64,000 nt of DNA from Sphaerodactylus townsendi (Eukaryota). A model generated the notes under the pieces. The model made no database searches, was not told the origin of the DNA, and was given only the letters and a program-made list of their open reading frames with translations. The DNA lies in assembly GCF_021028975.2 (NCBI RefSeq), contig NC_059431.1:62372001-62436000 (forward strand). Direction: 5' to 3'. Below are positions 1-13,630 of the stretch, one piece after another (within the stretch, counting starts at the first letter, position 1; each line of letters starts with the position of its first letter). The position numbers and the translations under genes are program-made.

Positions 1-160
1 TGCTCCTACCGTTTTACCCACATCTATGGCTGCCATCTTCAGAGGCATGCCACAGTGAGATCCCTTGTCATTCCTCTGAAGATGCCAACTATAGATGTAG
101 GTGAAATGTTAGGAGCAAAAACTAACAGGCCATGACCACACAGCCTGGAAAACCCACAAC
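1..160. mobile_element. Penelope-like element terminal repeats in inverted arrangement
   Basis: 1-45 is an imperfect reverse complement of 73-117 (cctctgaagatgcc...gtgaaatgttaggagca); same unit as 38080-38168. Confidence 0.75.
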
Positions 161-761
161 TCGTTAAGGTATCCTTTGGAAAAAAAGAAGTGGACAATTC
201 TTTGCCCATCCACATGACTAAAAGTTCAATTCTAAGCACAGTTTGATTGATCTTTCTGAATCCAGTGAAGTCTGCAGGCTTGAAAGAGTTCAACTCTGCT
301 TAGGACTGAGCTGTAAATAACTTCCAAAACATAGAAAAGATCCAGCAGGCATATTTTTAGCAGGGCCAAAGAATTCTAAAATGAAAATTTAACGGATTGG
401 ATGCATTTAAACACTAAATAGATGTTTGATAATACATTAATTTTTTTTAAGATGGGTATTAATGTGTAATTGTTGCTATGGTAATAGCCCCTCAAAGGTA
501 GTGTGGAATGCAAATTCAGAATAACTGCTCTTTCACTGTATGTTTGCAGGAGTACTGCACCTGGGTGCTGATGTACACAGATTATTGGACTTCCAGCATA
601 AAGTTTCTCCTTGCCCATTTTAGTACCAGCATGTTAAGAAACATGCAAATATAATTATTGGATATTTATTTTCTGCCAAGGAACACATCCCAAACCAGTT
701 AACTGAATCTCTGTTGTCAAATGGATCCCCCCACTACCTTATGTAATTCTTAAGTGATTTT

Positions 762-1208
762 CAGCCCCATCCATAGTGGAGGCGACGGGCTGTGGTGCTG
801 CTGTGGCATTGCCCCACCACTCCCAAAGAGGCTTGCAAGCGGAGTGCAGGGGCTTGCAAAGTGTGACAGCTTCCCCACCACTGACAAGCCTCAGTGGGCT
901 GCAGTGGGCTTACGCCAGCCAAAAGGCTGACTTAAGTCCAGATGGCGGCCTGCCGGTGCAACGCCAGCAAAGGCTGTGCGAGAGCCAACTAACATCAGTT
1001 CTTCCTCTGCTACACTGATGGTGGAGGTACAGGAACACTGTCACAGCGTCCTGTGCCACATTTTACTGCTCGGGGGAGGGTGACGGCCGCCACATGGCGG
1101 TGGTTTTGCCCCTCTTCCAGGGTAAGTTCCCCTGGCAGGGCAAATATACTGGTGCAGCTGCCCCACTGCTCTCACAGGTGGATTTCCCCTTCCCTTTGGA
1201 TCAGGCTG
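762..1208. mobile_element. MITE with CAGCCC(A/C)ATCC-type termini and 3-bp TSD
   Basis: Ends CAGCCCCATCC / GGATCAGGCTG flanked by TTT on both sides; GC-rich interior in AT-rich context. Confidence 0.6.
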
Positions 1209-3260
1209 TTTGGCACCTATCTCAAGATACTGGATATTACTGAATAGCTGTTGAATAGATTGAATGATAGGGCTGATGTACAGAATAAGCTCATTCTTAT
1301 TCTAGATTGAACGTACAAAAAAGATGCTATGTTCTGTGTTTTTATATTTGTTCTACAATACATTTGTAGTGACTTTTGCAACTGATGGGAGAACGGTGAG
1401 ACTTAAATCTACGTCATTTTTGGTACATGAAAACATCTCAGCAAAGCTACGTAATTAATCTATTGGTGTTTCTCTGGTAGCCGCTTGATCAAGAACTGTC
1501 ATAGACTGTTGTTAATACAGGAGAATTGACAGCAAATTGGTAATAAACTATATTTTCCAAGGCCTAACCGATCCTTGCCATTATAAATGTTGGTTTTTTA
1601 CTGTTTAACATCACCAGCATTTTTCCCATTACATATATGGCCCTGTATTCTATTTTCTGGACCAGTCTCTGTTCTGATTTGTAGAACTGCTTATAGAAGA
1701 GAGTATTTTGATATCCTTGTGTTTTTCACAAGACTCTTCTGCCTTAAATTTAAGCTTCCCAGTTGATACTAAGCTTTGCCTTTAATAGTAATTTCAAAAA
1801 ATATTTTTATATAAAATGTAAGCCAGTTTCTTGTATAATATCTGGTATGATAATCATTTTTCCAAGTAATTTTTCTATTATTTGCTAAACTTGTAATTTA
1901 AAATTAAATAAATTTTGTTCTTGTAGGATTGTGATTTCTTTTTCTTTAAACTATTTTGTTTAATAGTGATTTCATTGTTAGGTATTTTTAAAATACTTCT
2001 TAAAATTATTCTACAGCCAAAGATAAATTCTAACAGCATCATTTGTTTCTGCAAAGTTGAATTATTTCAGCAATAAGTTTTCAGCTACACAAATGAAGCA
2101 TATGGGTGACACTTACCTGCTGTCATTTTGTTTTTCTCCCTCCATAGTTCCTTAAAAATTCTGTTCTTTGTGTATTCTTTAAGAATTTGTCCTTTTTTTG
2201 TGAAAAAATAAAAATAAAATTGCAGAAGCATTTAATTGCTCATGCAATTAAATGGTGATTCTAGTAAAGGATTGTTTGTTATACTATTTAATGAAAAAAT
2301 AAGTATGTTAAAAGCCGTGGTCAGAATTCCATAAAATAAAATAAAACAGTTTGAACCCATGTGTGCATTAAGTACTGTCAAGTTTCTTCTGACTCATGGC
2401 AACCCCATTGATCAGTGTTCTCCAAACTGTCCTATTGTTAATAGCCTTGCTCAGGTCTTGCAAACTGTGGGCTGTGGCTTCCTTTACACAGAGTCAATCC
2501 ATCTCATCTTGGGTTTTTGTCTTGGCGTTATTAGCTTTTTCAGTGGTTTTTGTCTTCTCGCAATGTGACCAAGGTACGATAGCTTCAGTTTAGTCATTTT
2601 AGTTTCCAGGATCAGTTCTTGCTTGATTTGATCTAGAAACCACTCATTTGTTTGGTGGTCCATGGTATCTATAACACTTTTCCATCACCACATTTCTAAG
2701 TTATCTACTTTCTTGCTGTCAGCTTTCTTCGTTGTTTAACTTTAACACCCATACATAATAATAGGGAATACTGCCGGTATGGCATGAATTAATTTGATTT
2801 TGTTTCTAAGTGACACATCCTTGCACTTAAGACACTTTTTGAGCTTTTTCATGGCTTCCTTTTCAGTCTCAATCAGTTGCAGTCTCCCTTTTGGTTGATG
2901 ATGGAGCTGAGGAATAGAGAGTATCCAACAATTTCAGTTTCCTCATTACCCACCTTAAAGTTGAGAAGTTCTTTAGAAGTCATTAGTTTTGCCTTCTTAA
3001 TGTTTAGCTATAGTTCTGCTTTGGCACTTTCTCCTTTAACTTCACTAGTAGACTTTTCAAGTCTTTGCTATTTTCTGCGAGTAATGTATCATTGACACAT
3101 CTCCAATGTTAACCCCCACCCCAATTTTCATTCCTCTTTCATCTGATCCAGCTTTCCCTGTGATATGTTCTATATACAGATATAGGGGGATAAAATACAT
3201 ACTTGTCTAATACCTTTGCCAATTGGAACCTATTTTATTTCTCCATATTTTGTCCTAACA

Positions 3261-3555
3261 GCAGTGGCGTAGGAGGTTAAGAGCTTGTGTATCTAATCTG
3301 GAGGAACCAGGTTGGATTCCCAGCTCTGCTGCCTGAACAGTGGAGGCTTATCTGGGGAATTCAGATTAGCCTGTACACTCCCACACATGCCAGCTGGGTG
3401 ACCTTGGGCTAGTCACAGCTTCTCAGAGCTCTCTCAGCCCCACCCACCTCACTGGGTGTTTGTTGTGAGGGGGGAAGGGCAAGGAGATTGTAAGCCCCTT
3501 TGAGTCTCCTACAGGAGAGAAAGGGGGGATATAAATCCAAACTCCTCCTCTTCTT
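3261..3555 (+). mobile_element. tRNA-derived SINE (Squam3-like)
   Basis: A/B-box head, body shared with four other copies, CT-rich tail, flanked by ctaaca on both sides. Confidence 0.9.
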
Positions 3556-3883
3556 CTAACAATCGCCCCTTGTCCAAAGTTCAGGTTGCACATCAAAACA
3601 ACCAGATACTGTGGCACACCTCTTTAATTTAAAACCAGCTATAGCTTTTCATAATTTTCACAATCAAAAGCTTTGGTTAAACCTATGAAACACAAGCTGA
3701 TTTTCTTCAGAAATTATCTCGTATACTTTCACTCCACATTCTAAAACTCGTAAGTTTTTCAAAAGATTCTTCTTGGAAGGAATCTCATTTTTTCATCTCT
3801 TCTATACAGTTCTTCAGTGTTTCCAGACATTTTGTTTATTTTATCTTGTTCAGTTAATGAATTTTCATTTTGATCTTTCAGTA

Positions 3884-5698
3884 ACTCTGCCATTGCCAGT
3901 CTCGACTCGTTAAGACAAACTGCCGAAAAGACAAGAAGGATTGGCTGAAACAGAAGCACAAAAAGAGCAGAAGCAGAAAAAGCAGGTGACCGAAATGATC
4001 CCAGAACCCTCAACCGTATTATCAATGAACTGACTGAAACCAGGAATAGCTCTAATGTCCCAATTAGGGACAAGAATGGAAAGCTCCTAACTACCCAAGA
4101 GGAGCAGAACAAAAGGTAGATTGAACACTTTCAAGAAACCCTCAACCAACCCGGCCTAACCACCACATATGACTTCAATTCAGAAGATTCCCAAGAGGAG
4201 CTCCAAGTGAACACTGGTGAGATTCCCATCGAAGAAGACTGCAACCAAGACACTCAAGAACAACAAGGCAGCTGGGTTGGATGAAATACCTGCAGAGATC
4301 CTGAAACATGGTGGTCAGGCAATGGCAGAAGCACTGATGTCACTATTCAACAACTGCTGGCAAAGGTGTGCAGTCCCAGAAGATTGGCGAAGTGGTGCCA
4401 TATTCAAGTTCTCCAAGAAGGGTAATATCTCTTAATGCACCAGTTAGCAGAGCATCACACGCCTCTCAATCCCTGGGAAAGCATTTTGCATGATCCTACT
4501 CCTGTAATTGCAGTGTGCCCTTGACCAACACCTGAGAGAGGAACAAGCTGAATTTCGCAGTGGAAGGTCCTGCAGTGAACAAATCTTCACCCTTCGAAAC
4601 ATTATAGAGCAATGCATAGAATATCGACACTCACTGCCATCAACTTCAAGAAAACTTTTGACAGCATTCACCGAAAGTCCCTCTGGCAGATCCTGCGTTT
4701 CTACGGAGTACCTGCAGCCTTCATCACCATCTTCCAAGACTTGCACCTATGATCCAGCTGTTGCATCAAGACAGATAATGACTTGCACAGACTTCCTTGA
4801 AATCATCACTGGGGTCAGACAAAGCTATATTCTGTCTCCACTTCTCTGCCTTGTTGCTCTTGACTACATCTAGCGGAGAACTGGAACACGCTCTGGCAAT
4901 GGCATACACTGGCCTGATCAAAACCACCTTGGCAACTTGGATTTTACTGACGGCAGCAGGAAACAACTGACCTGGATAGAGAAGTGGGCAAAATTGGCCT
5001 CAGGATAAGCGCTGATAAATCAAAGAACATATATGTTAGCTCTACAGCCCGAACACAGGGAATCATCATTGGATCACAGCAGCTAGAGAAAGTGGAGAGG
5101 TTCACCTACTTGGGCAGTGTGATCTCCCAGAATGGAGATGCAGAGGCAGATGTCAGGTGCCACATTGGGAAGCTTGCAGCCATTTTCAGAGAATGACAAG
5201 ATCTGGTGCTCACCAACCATTGCCCTAAAGACCAAGCTCTGCCTACTCACTTCCATTATGATCCCAACAGCCATTAATGCTTGAGAAAGTTGGGAAGTCA
5301 TCAACAAGTATCAACAACAGGTTCAATGTCTTCCACCAGAAATGCCTTTGCCGAATCCTGAAGATCCAATATTATGACCACATCACTAACAAAGAGGTGG
5401 TCCAAAGGAGCAGCATGTTCAAACTCCAAACCATCATTCATGCAGAATACTTCGACTGGCTGGCCACGTCCTTCGCATGGAAAATGGTCGGATCCCAAAG
5501 ACAGCAATATGGTGGATACCTCCTGATGCCAAATGACAGGCAAGGATGCCCCCAGAACACCTAGAGGAGAACATTCAAGCAAGACCTGAAGGCACTGAAT
5601 ATTGCATGGGAAGAGGCTGAAACATTCGTCCAAGACCGGAAATGCTGGAGAACACCTGTTGCCCGATATACTACTTAGCATGATGGATTTGATGATGA
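3884..5698 (+). mobile_element. 5'-truncated RTE-clade LINE nested in the BovB-like element
   Basis: RT motifs KAAGLDEIPAEILK, EQAEFRSGRSCSEQIFTLRNIIEQ, GVRQSYILSPLL, LEKVERFTYLGSVI and FHQKCLCRILKI; (GAT)n tail; 13-bp TSD TGATCTTTCAGTA (3871-3883 and 5699-5711). Confidence 0.92.
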
Positions 5699-6964
5699 TG
5701 ATCTTTCAGTATGCCTAAACATACTTTAACTTTTCCTTTGATTTCTTGGATCTTGTGAAACAGATCTCCTGTTCTTCCTTTTTTGTTGTTCTCTTCTATT
5801 TCTTTACATTGGTTATAATGGTTCTCTGTTTCTTCATGTTAGTGATGGAACACTGCATTTAAACTTGATTCTGTTTCTGTCACCTTTTACTTTGCCTTCT
5901 TGCCTATCCCGCCTAGCTTTCTAAGAGTTTCCCCAGATCTCCATTGAGGCTTTTCATTTCTTTTGGCTATAGGAATAGTCTTTGTACATTCTTTCCTGAT
6001 AATATCTCTTGTTTCAACTCATAGTTCTTTGTTTACTTTCCCTTGAACTTAGCAATGCAAATCTGCTCTTTACATGGTCTTTAAACTCTTCAGGAATGTT
6101 GCTTTGATTGTAGTTTGGCACTATGAATGTTCTGGTGTTTTTCCTCATTTTTAGTTTAACTTCCAATATTAACAATTTATAGTCTGTGCCACAGTTGCCT
6201 GGTCTTGTTTTAGCAGAGAGAATAGAGCTCTCAGTTTTCTGCTTAGTATTGTGTAATTATTTGATTTCTATACTGGCCATCTAGTGAAGTTAATGTATAC
6301 AATGAAATGTGTCTGCAATGAACAAATTGTTGTTTTCACAGAATTCTATGAGTCACTCTTGTGCTTCATTTCATGTTCCTAGCCCAAATCTGCCAACAAT
6401 GTTTGATTTTGCTTTGTTTTCTACTTTTGCATTCCAGTCACCTTGTTTTGGTGTGCAATCATTTTCTTCCTAGACTCTTGCAAAAAAGCTTTCAATTTCT
6501 TCCTCATCAGCATCTGTAGCTGAAGCATAAACTTGAATGATGGTGATATTGATAGGTTTTCCCTGAAGTCCGATTGATATTATTTAGTCAGACTTTACAT
6601 TACAGCTTCTGATTGCCTGTGCTACATCTTGCCTCACTATTAAAGCTGTTTTTATTATTCCCTGAGTAAAACACTTGTGATTTTCTGTCTGAAAAATGTC
6701 CTAATCCAATCCATTTTCATTCACTCACTCCCAGGATTGAAATGTGGAAATGTTCCATTTCTCATTTTACAATTTCAAACTTGCCTTGATTCATGCTTCT
6801 CATATTCCATGTTCCTAATATATGCATCAAACACCTTTTGCACCTGTTCACCTCAACAATTGAAAGTCCTTTTAGCTTTGGTTCAGTTATGTCATTAACA
6901 ATAATGCTACTTGTACTTGTCCTTTTCTCTTTCCCAAGAGTTGAATGAGTGCCTTCTGACCTGG

Positions 6965-7206
6965 NNNNNNNNNNNNNNNNNNNNNNNNNNNNNNNNNNNN
7001 NNNNNNNNNNNNNNNNNNNNNNNNNNNNNNNNNNNNNNNNNNNNNNNNNNNNNNNNNNNNNNNNNNNNNNNNNNNNNNNNNNNNNNNNNNNNNNNNNNNN
7101 NNNNNNNNNNNNNNNNNNNNNNNNNNNNNNNNNNNNNNNNNNNNNNNNNNNNNNNNNNNNNNNNNNNNNNNNNNNNNNNNNNNNNNNNNNNNNNNNNNNN
7201 NNNNNN
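6965..7206. other. Assembly gap (N run)
   Basis: Run of N. Confidence 1.
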
Positions 7207-8724
7207 AGGGATTTCAAGGTAAGGTTTGGTCAGAAGTGGTTTACCATTCTATTCAATACTGACTAGGGTTAGCTGAAGGAGCACTGTCATTGCTACCGAA
7301 GATCCTCTGCCAGTGTCACCTTCCACTACTGCTGCTACTTAGTAGCTAGCCTTTAAGGGTCCCTCTTCCCTTATCACCACTGGAACCGTTCTGTTCTGCT
7401 GATGTGGCCATTGATCCCTGAAGTGAATGGACGCATCTTAGTCTGGTGTCTCAACTGACCGTTCTGCCTTGAGTGTCTCTGCTAGGAGTTTAGCCTCTGG
7501 ACAGAGTGGTTGACTATCCAGACCCCTTACTGTATTGCTCCCAGCTTTGTTGACACACACATCCCCCCTCACCAAAAGGGTGGGGGGAGTTTGACTCTAC
7601 AACTATGCAATAAATCAGCCAAAATTAAAAGTGCTGACTCAACATGTCCCTAAGTGTTTTTACATTATGGAAACAGGTTCAGTGGTCTCTTATGCTGTAA
7701 AATTGGACTTTTAAAGTGGGATGATTCTACCCTTGGTTTGTGATCTGCCATCAGTTCTATGATCCAGCAGAGGGCAGTATTATTGCAGTGAATTTTGTAG
7801 ATGAGAATGCATGAACTGAACAAATAATCCTATGAATATTCTACTCCCATGTATGATGGAAATTGTTGGAAAAGAAATCAGACCATTTGCCCAACTTGGC
7901 CAATTTGCTCCTTTCAAACCTATCACATGAACAGTATTAATAATAACAATATTAATTAGAGATTTTGGAGTTCCTAAATTATCTATGGCCTTTCTGCACT
8001 CCAAACGTACCCCATTTCAAGGAGTCTGTCCACACTCGGTTCCTCAGAACATTGCTTTCTGATTACCATCTCTTTTTATTATTTATTTTCTACACATGCA
8101 CTGTAGCAATGATTTAATAATCCAAAAAATGGAGAAAAAAATAACACAAGAAATGATAAAAAGGGCACCACAGTGAGGTGAAGAATGGAAAAAATGACAG
8201 ATCAAATGCTGAGGGGAAGTTTGGGTGAATGCACAGGGGGTACGGATAACAGCCAGGTTTTTTGGCAGGAAAAAGTATGATCACAATGTGGGCAAAGTGG
8301 GCTTGGAAACGTTTCAGAGAATAACATTGTGGTAAATATGTTTTCAGAAACAATGAAGCGAAAACTTGGAAACATTTCCAGAACCAAACCGGGGGGCGGG
8401 GGGAGGGGAGCTCCATCCTGTCTTTCCAATAATGCATATCTTCAGCTGCCTTTAAGTCGTATCTGATCATTTGCCCTATCCATAACTTTTTCTTGACTCC
8501 TAAGGGGTTTTTTTAGTTCCATGGTTCCACCATTCAGAGCTTGCTCAGACTTTTGTGTTTCGTCTCGCAGCCTTTGCCCCTTTTCTTTTGCCATGTGCTT
8601 GAACAGTGGACCACTGCTCACGGCACACATCTTTGCCTGGTCTCAAGCACAGCGACACTTTCTCAGAGACCTTTTAGTTCCCTGTCTTTGCTTTCCTAAA
8701 CCAGAATGGTACAGTGAAAAAGAA

Positions 8725-8996
8725 TAGAGTTTAATACCCCATTTTCCTCTACCATAAGGAGTTTAAAAGCAGTTTACAATCTCCAGCCCTTCCCCCCTCA
8801 TAATGGGCATCTTGTGAAGTAGGTAGGGCTGAGAAAATTCTGAGAGAACTGTGACTAGCCCAAGGTCACTCAGCAGACTTTGTGTGGAGGAGGGGGAATA
8901 ATATCTGGTTCTCCAGATTAAAGTCCACTGCTCATACTGGAGAAGCGGGGAATCAAATCTAGTCATCCATATTAGAGTCCACCACTCTTAACTACG
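8725..8996 (-). mobile_element. Older related SINE, reverse orientation
   Basis: Reverse-complement matches to the SINE head and body (ctgtgactagcccaaggtcac; ccactcttaactac). Confidence 0.7.
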
Positions 8997-10874
8997 TTGG
9001 TTAGAGTCAGGCTGGAATATGGTTAGAATATGGTTAGAGTCAGGCTGCAATACCCTGCCCAGTGGTGGGATTCAAATAATTTAATAATCTGCCCAGTGGT
9101 GGGATTCAAATAATTGAATAATTTAACAACTGGTTGTTTACAAGCACCATTTTAACAACTGGTTCTACTGAAGTGGTGCAAACCCGCTGAATCTGCCCCT
9201 GCCCCCCCCCCCGGCCACTGCAGAGGAATGTCCTGGCCCAGCCAGGGACATCACCTCGAGCGCTGCTGCATGGTCTCAGGCTGAGCCGCATGCCTGGGAG
9301 GCCTCTCCCCTGGCAGGGGATCATGCAGGTCAGGGCTGGCAGGATCCCCAGTGGGGGAGGGGCTATCCCAGCTGCGTGGCTGGGCCTGTCTCTTTTAATC
9401 TGACCCTGAGATCATTTCACTGGAGCTACCTGTTATATCGAGTCATATGACTATCACTGAACTGTGGCCTCTAATCACTATAAAGTGGTTTGATCACACA
9501 CACTTTGGAGAGGGGTTGATTTTTACTTACATTTTCTTCACAATACTTTATCCTATGACACTTCCACTTCCATTTATATTAATTGGGCTAGTGTGGGGGA
9601 TGTTTCTTGGGCATGGTGTCTGTAAGATGTATATTTCCCATGATTTTAAAATAGAGTATCAATTTGAAATTGAGCGACATGTCATATTATAACTGGACAT
9701 TCATGGAATTTCCTTTACAAAGAATATATGGTATGTACAAAGAAAGAGAAAAGAAGAATCAGGAGACTGCTTGAGTGTAAAATTCACTGAATTTCCCAAC
9801 AAATGCTGCCAATTTGATTTACATCTTTTGAATGTACATTCATAGAAAGGTATCAGAATGCTGCTGCATTTCAATAAAGGCAGAAATGACTCCATCCATC
9901 ATCTTGGAGATTTTTTTTTTTTTTTGCAATAAACCCCAGGCATCAAGAGAGGTAGCACATTAGTATTCAAGTGAACCGGATATTGTTTTCTTGATTTGTT
10001 CTGAGGCTAGGCTAAGAATGGATGCATTGTTTATTGCAGCATTTCCATCTTCCTCGCACCTGAAAGTTTAAAAAAACAATTTGCAACATAAAACTATTTA
10101 ATCTCACTGATCACTGAATGAGAACCCCTGAACCAATCTTGACTAAACTTGACAGTTCTTGTAAGGAGAGTCACTGACAGATATGCTGAAAATATGGTGA
10201 CTGTACCTTAAAAACACCCTCCCCAGAACCCCAGAAAGATTTCCCATGGGTTTTAATGGAACAGAAGGGAGGATTTAAACTTTGAAGTACTGTGGAATTT
10301 GACACAAATGTGCTGAATTTTCTTTCTTTTTTTAAAAAAAGGGGTTTCTTCTTTTTTCATTGCTGTAGTCAACAATCCTGTAGAAAAGCCAAATTTGTTG
10401 GCTTTTTAGGAATTAAGATTACTGGCTACAGTTTTAAAAGCCATTAGCCAGATCCAGTTGGCCACCCTCCTGTTCTTGGCCTAGGCTGGGCTCCAGCTCC
10501 TGAGCAGACCCTCTGCACAGAAGGGTCTTGACTGGCACTCCATGCTTCTCCCGGCACTCAGATGGGACAGCGGCAGAGGCGTAACTAGCCTGGGGTAAAA
10601 TCTAGGGAAAATGGAATGGGGGGCCCCTCAGATTTTGCCCCGGGCTTCATTTTCCCTAGATATGCCTCTGGTCGTCAAGTCACAATGACTATCATTACCC
10701 CTGCAAGGGGCTTTCAGGGAAAGTGAGAAGCAAAGGTGGTTTACCATTGCCTTCATTTGCAGAATCTTCTTTTGTAGTTCCCTAGCTCAGGTTCTAGATG
10801 GGGATCTTTCAAGATGGGGATATACCACTCCACCTTCCCTTTCAGGAGGGTTTACTTCTGAATATGTACAGTTA

Positions 10875-11250
10875 GGCTGTTTCCGCACAGCCAAACAATA
10901 GCACCCTAGGGACGGTAAAAACACCATCCCTGGGGTGCTGAGCTAGGTTTTTCAAAAGCGGCATCATCCTGCTGGTGTGGTGCAAGCTGCACCAGCATGA
11001 GGGCGCCACTTTTGGCCCCTCCAGTGTTTGCAAGGCACCCAGGGGTTGGAGGACAGCGTGGACGTCTCTTTGCAGCCATCCAGAGCTGCACAGGAAGGAA
11101 AGGTAAGTGCCTCACAAACACCCTGGGCTGCTCCTGTGGGTAGCGGCAACATCGGGACTGCCTGCACGGGATCGTGTGAGTGGTCCTGAAGCTCCATTGG
11201 TTTTGTTTAAGCCAGTGGGAAGCCGCTGCTATGGCTGTGCAGAAACGGCC
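10875..11250. mobile_element. PIF/Harbinger MITE
   Basis: TIRs GGCTGTTTCCGCACAGCC / GGCTGTGCAGAAACGGCC, with 3-bp TSD TTA. Confidence 0.85.
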
Positions 11251-11597
11251 TTAGAATCACATTTCAGTTTCTCAGTTAATGTTTTTAACTTGGCCCATAA
11301 CTTTAGTGGACTAAGTTCATTCCAAACAAAAGTGGAAGCTAGTAAGAAGAATGATTAGATTTAAATTATTGCATATTTTTTCATTTCTTATTAGAAATAC
11401 ATGATTTTTAAGAAAAGCTGTTTGCAAAACCAAAGAAGATTAGCACATTCTTCAAAAAACAGAGGAAATACACTCTGTAGAGATGGGAGGACTTTTTCCA
11501 CTAAACTGAAAAGTGCATAACCCACCAACCGTCATGGTGAACATCTATAGTGGACATCACCTGTGTAAATGGGGATGGGGCGGTCTACAAATTCAAG

Positions 11598-11600
11598 AAA

Positions 11601-11643
<43 letters not shown>

Positions 11644-11645
11644 AT
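11598..11645. repeat. (AAAT)n microsatellite
   Basis: Seen directly. Confidence 0.95.
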
Positions 11646-12106
11646 GAGATTATTTAACAACAGTACCAACAAGCTGTCAAATCTGAGGAAAGATCAGGAT
11701 GATTGCATCAAGAGGCTCAGCTTTTTGGGGCACTCTGGTCAGCAGGAGCAGCAAAGGGCAGTCCAACAAGTTATCAGGCAGGCACTTTTACTGGGGTCAT
11801 TCCTCCACTATTCTTCCACAACATACACTATGTTTTTAGGTCAATCTGCATGAACTGGTCCAGGAGGTGGAGAAACATTCTGTCAACCATATTGTGGATT
11901 TCCTTAGCAGCCTAGCTGAGCTTCTGGATATGGCCCTGTAGGCCCCAGTGGGTAGTTAGGGTAAGGACTGAGGAGTCCATCTGGTTGTTGGGTCCACCTG
12001 ACTGTTGGGAATGGGGCAGTAGGTCCCAGGCAGGGATAAGCTGGAAGATTTTTGTAGTTCATGTGTTTTCTGTCCTCACAAAGTCTCCTCAGCAGTTGGC
12101 AAAAAA

Positions 12107-12809
12107 TCTATCAGTGCATTTTTCTGCTGACAGGTAATCTCCCAAACTACTGGACTGATTGCTTTGAAATTTTCACACAACGTCGCATTCGTGTGTGGCC
12201 AGGTTTCTATACTGTTTCCACACTTCCTGTTGTGTCCATGTCACAATTGTGCGAGTTATTGTGTACATGCCACACCTGTGACAGTTGGAACCACAGTTCT
12301 GTTCCGCAACAGCGCCATCTGCTGGCCGTCAAAGCAACACCCTCTGATACAAGGGAACCAACCATGCCTCCCTTGAAAACTACTGCCTTATGGATGGGGT
12401 GGGCCATCTGCACATGGCCCACCTACCCTAGCGGAGGAAGGGGAAGGTGAGAGAGGGTCCAGGGGTTTGCTGGACCAAATGCTCTGAAATTTGAACACAA
12501 CGTAGCTCATGCCTCCCAGTGTGTTTTATGCTAGATAATTTGCCTGCAAGGGAAGGGAGTGAAAGGGACAGAACCAGCCACCTGCACATGGCCCACCCAC
12601 CCTAGCAGAGGAAGGGAAATGTTAGGGAGGGACCGGCCAGGTTGCCATGCAAGGGAATGGGAGAGAGGGAGGGGAGTGAGGGGCCCCTTGCCCCTCCCCT
12701 CCCTTGCAATCATTGTGCAATGACACATGTTCGAACCGTTCGCTTCCCCTTTTCTTTCTTTTCCACTTCACCAGACTCAGCCACAGCAATGCGTGGCCGG
12801 GCCCGCTAG
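12107..12809 (+). mobile_element. Non-autonomous Helitron
   Basis: A|TCTATC start, subterminal hairpin GCCACagcaatgcGTGGC, then CGGGCCCGCTAG|T. The 5' motif (aactac...tgaaattt..cacac) is shared with the 13631 element. Confidence 0.75.
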
Positions 12810-13630
12810 TTATTTATATTACAAAGGCAGTTTACTCCCTTTAAAAACTGATCAATGATATTTCTTGGCATAAACCTTTTTATAGCTTTAGCTAATTATT
12901 GCTTGTTCAATGATAATAGAAAACTGAAAAACTGAATTGTGAACTCCCTCAGATTTATCATATTACTTGGGTTGAAAATATTAATCTGTTTTACCCAAGG
13001 ATCATTACTGAATTGTTTATCCTCCATCGTTTATTCTGTCAATTGTATTCTCATTTGGAACGTCTCATTTTGCAGATTTTATCATTTAGTGGTTAAATAA
13101 ATAATGCTATCAGGCTAAACATTTGGGCAAGTTTTTAAGCTTACCTCATATCTAAATTGATCATTTCTGAAAGTTATACATTGGAAAACTACTGCCTTTG
13201 CTTACTTTTTGACTGTTTCAATTATAATAGTGAAAAAAAATATGTGGCAGAAATATGAAGCTAACATTAACCATCCCTTTAAATAAAAAGCCAAAGTAAG
13301 CTGAACTGTTTTTGGAATTTTGTGAGAGTCTATGAAGTGACTCTGAGCTTGCCATAATTTCCCATGAATTCAGTGTAAATATTAATGTTATAAATACAGG
13401 GACAGAAATATGTCTCCTATCAGCAAACTCAAATGGAAACTTAAGCTTGTGCTTTATTTTTTAATGGGTTATATTTTAAAGTGAAATTTCACGTTGCATG
13501 TTCCATTGGAATTGGGAATTTAGAAACACACAATCGAAGCATTTGGATACTAGCATGATAGAAAAGGAAGAGCAGTTTCACTGAAGGAGAAACTTTCGAG
13601 TGCCCTAGGGACAGGAGGAGGAGTATTCCA

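Larger units (their letters stand above)
2358..7590 (-). mobile_element. Old RTE/BovB-like LINE, degenerate, interrupted by a SINE, a younger RTE and a gap
   Basis: Minus-strand ORF2 remnants (ILGTWNMRSMNQGKFEIVK endonuclease start; LKDQNENSLTEQDKI...ELY) and an RTE-type 3' end near 2380-2410. Limits approximate. Confidence 0.8.

Noticed and set aside
3261-3330. tRNA genes at SINE heads and at the ERV PBS
   Set aside because: Only A/B-box-like heads or an 18-nt complement are present, with no full cloverleaf
6762-7266. ORFs spanning N runs (also 32221-32548)
   Set aside because: Artefacts of assembly gaps
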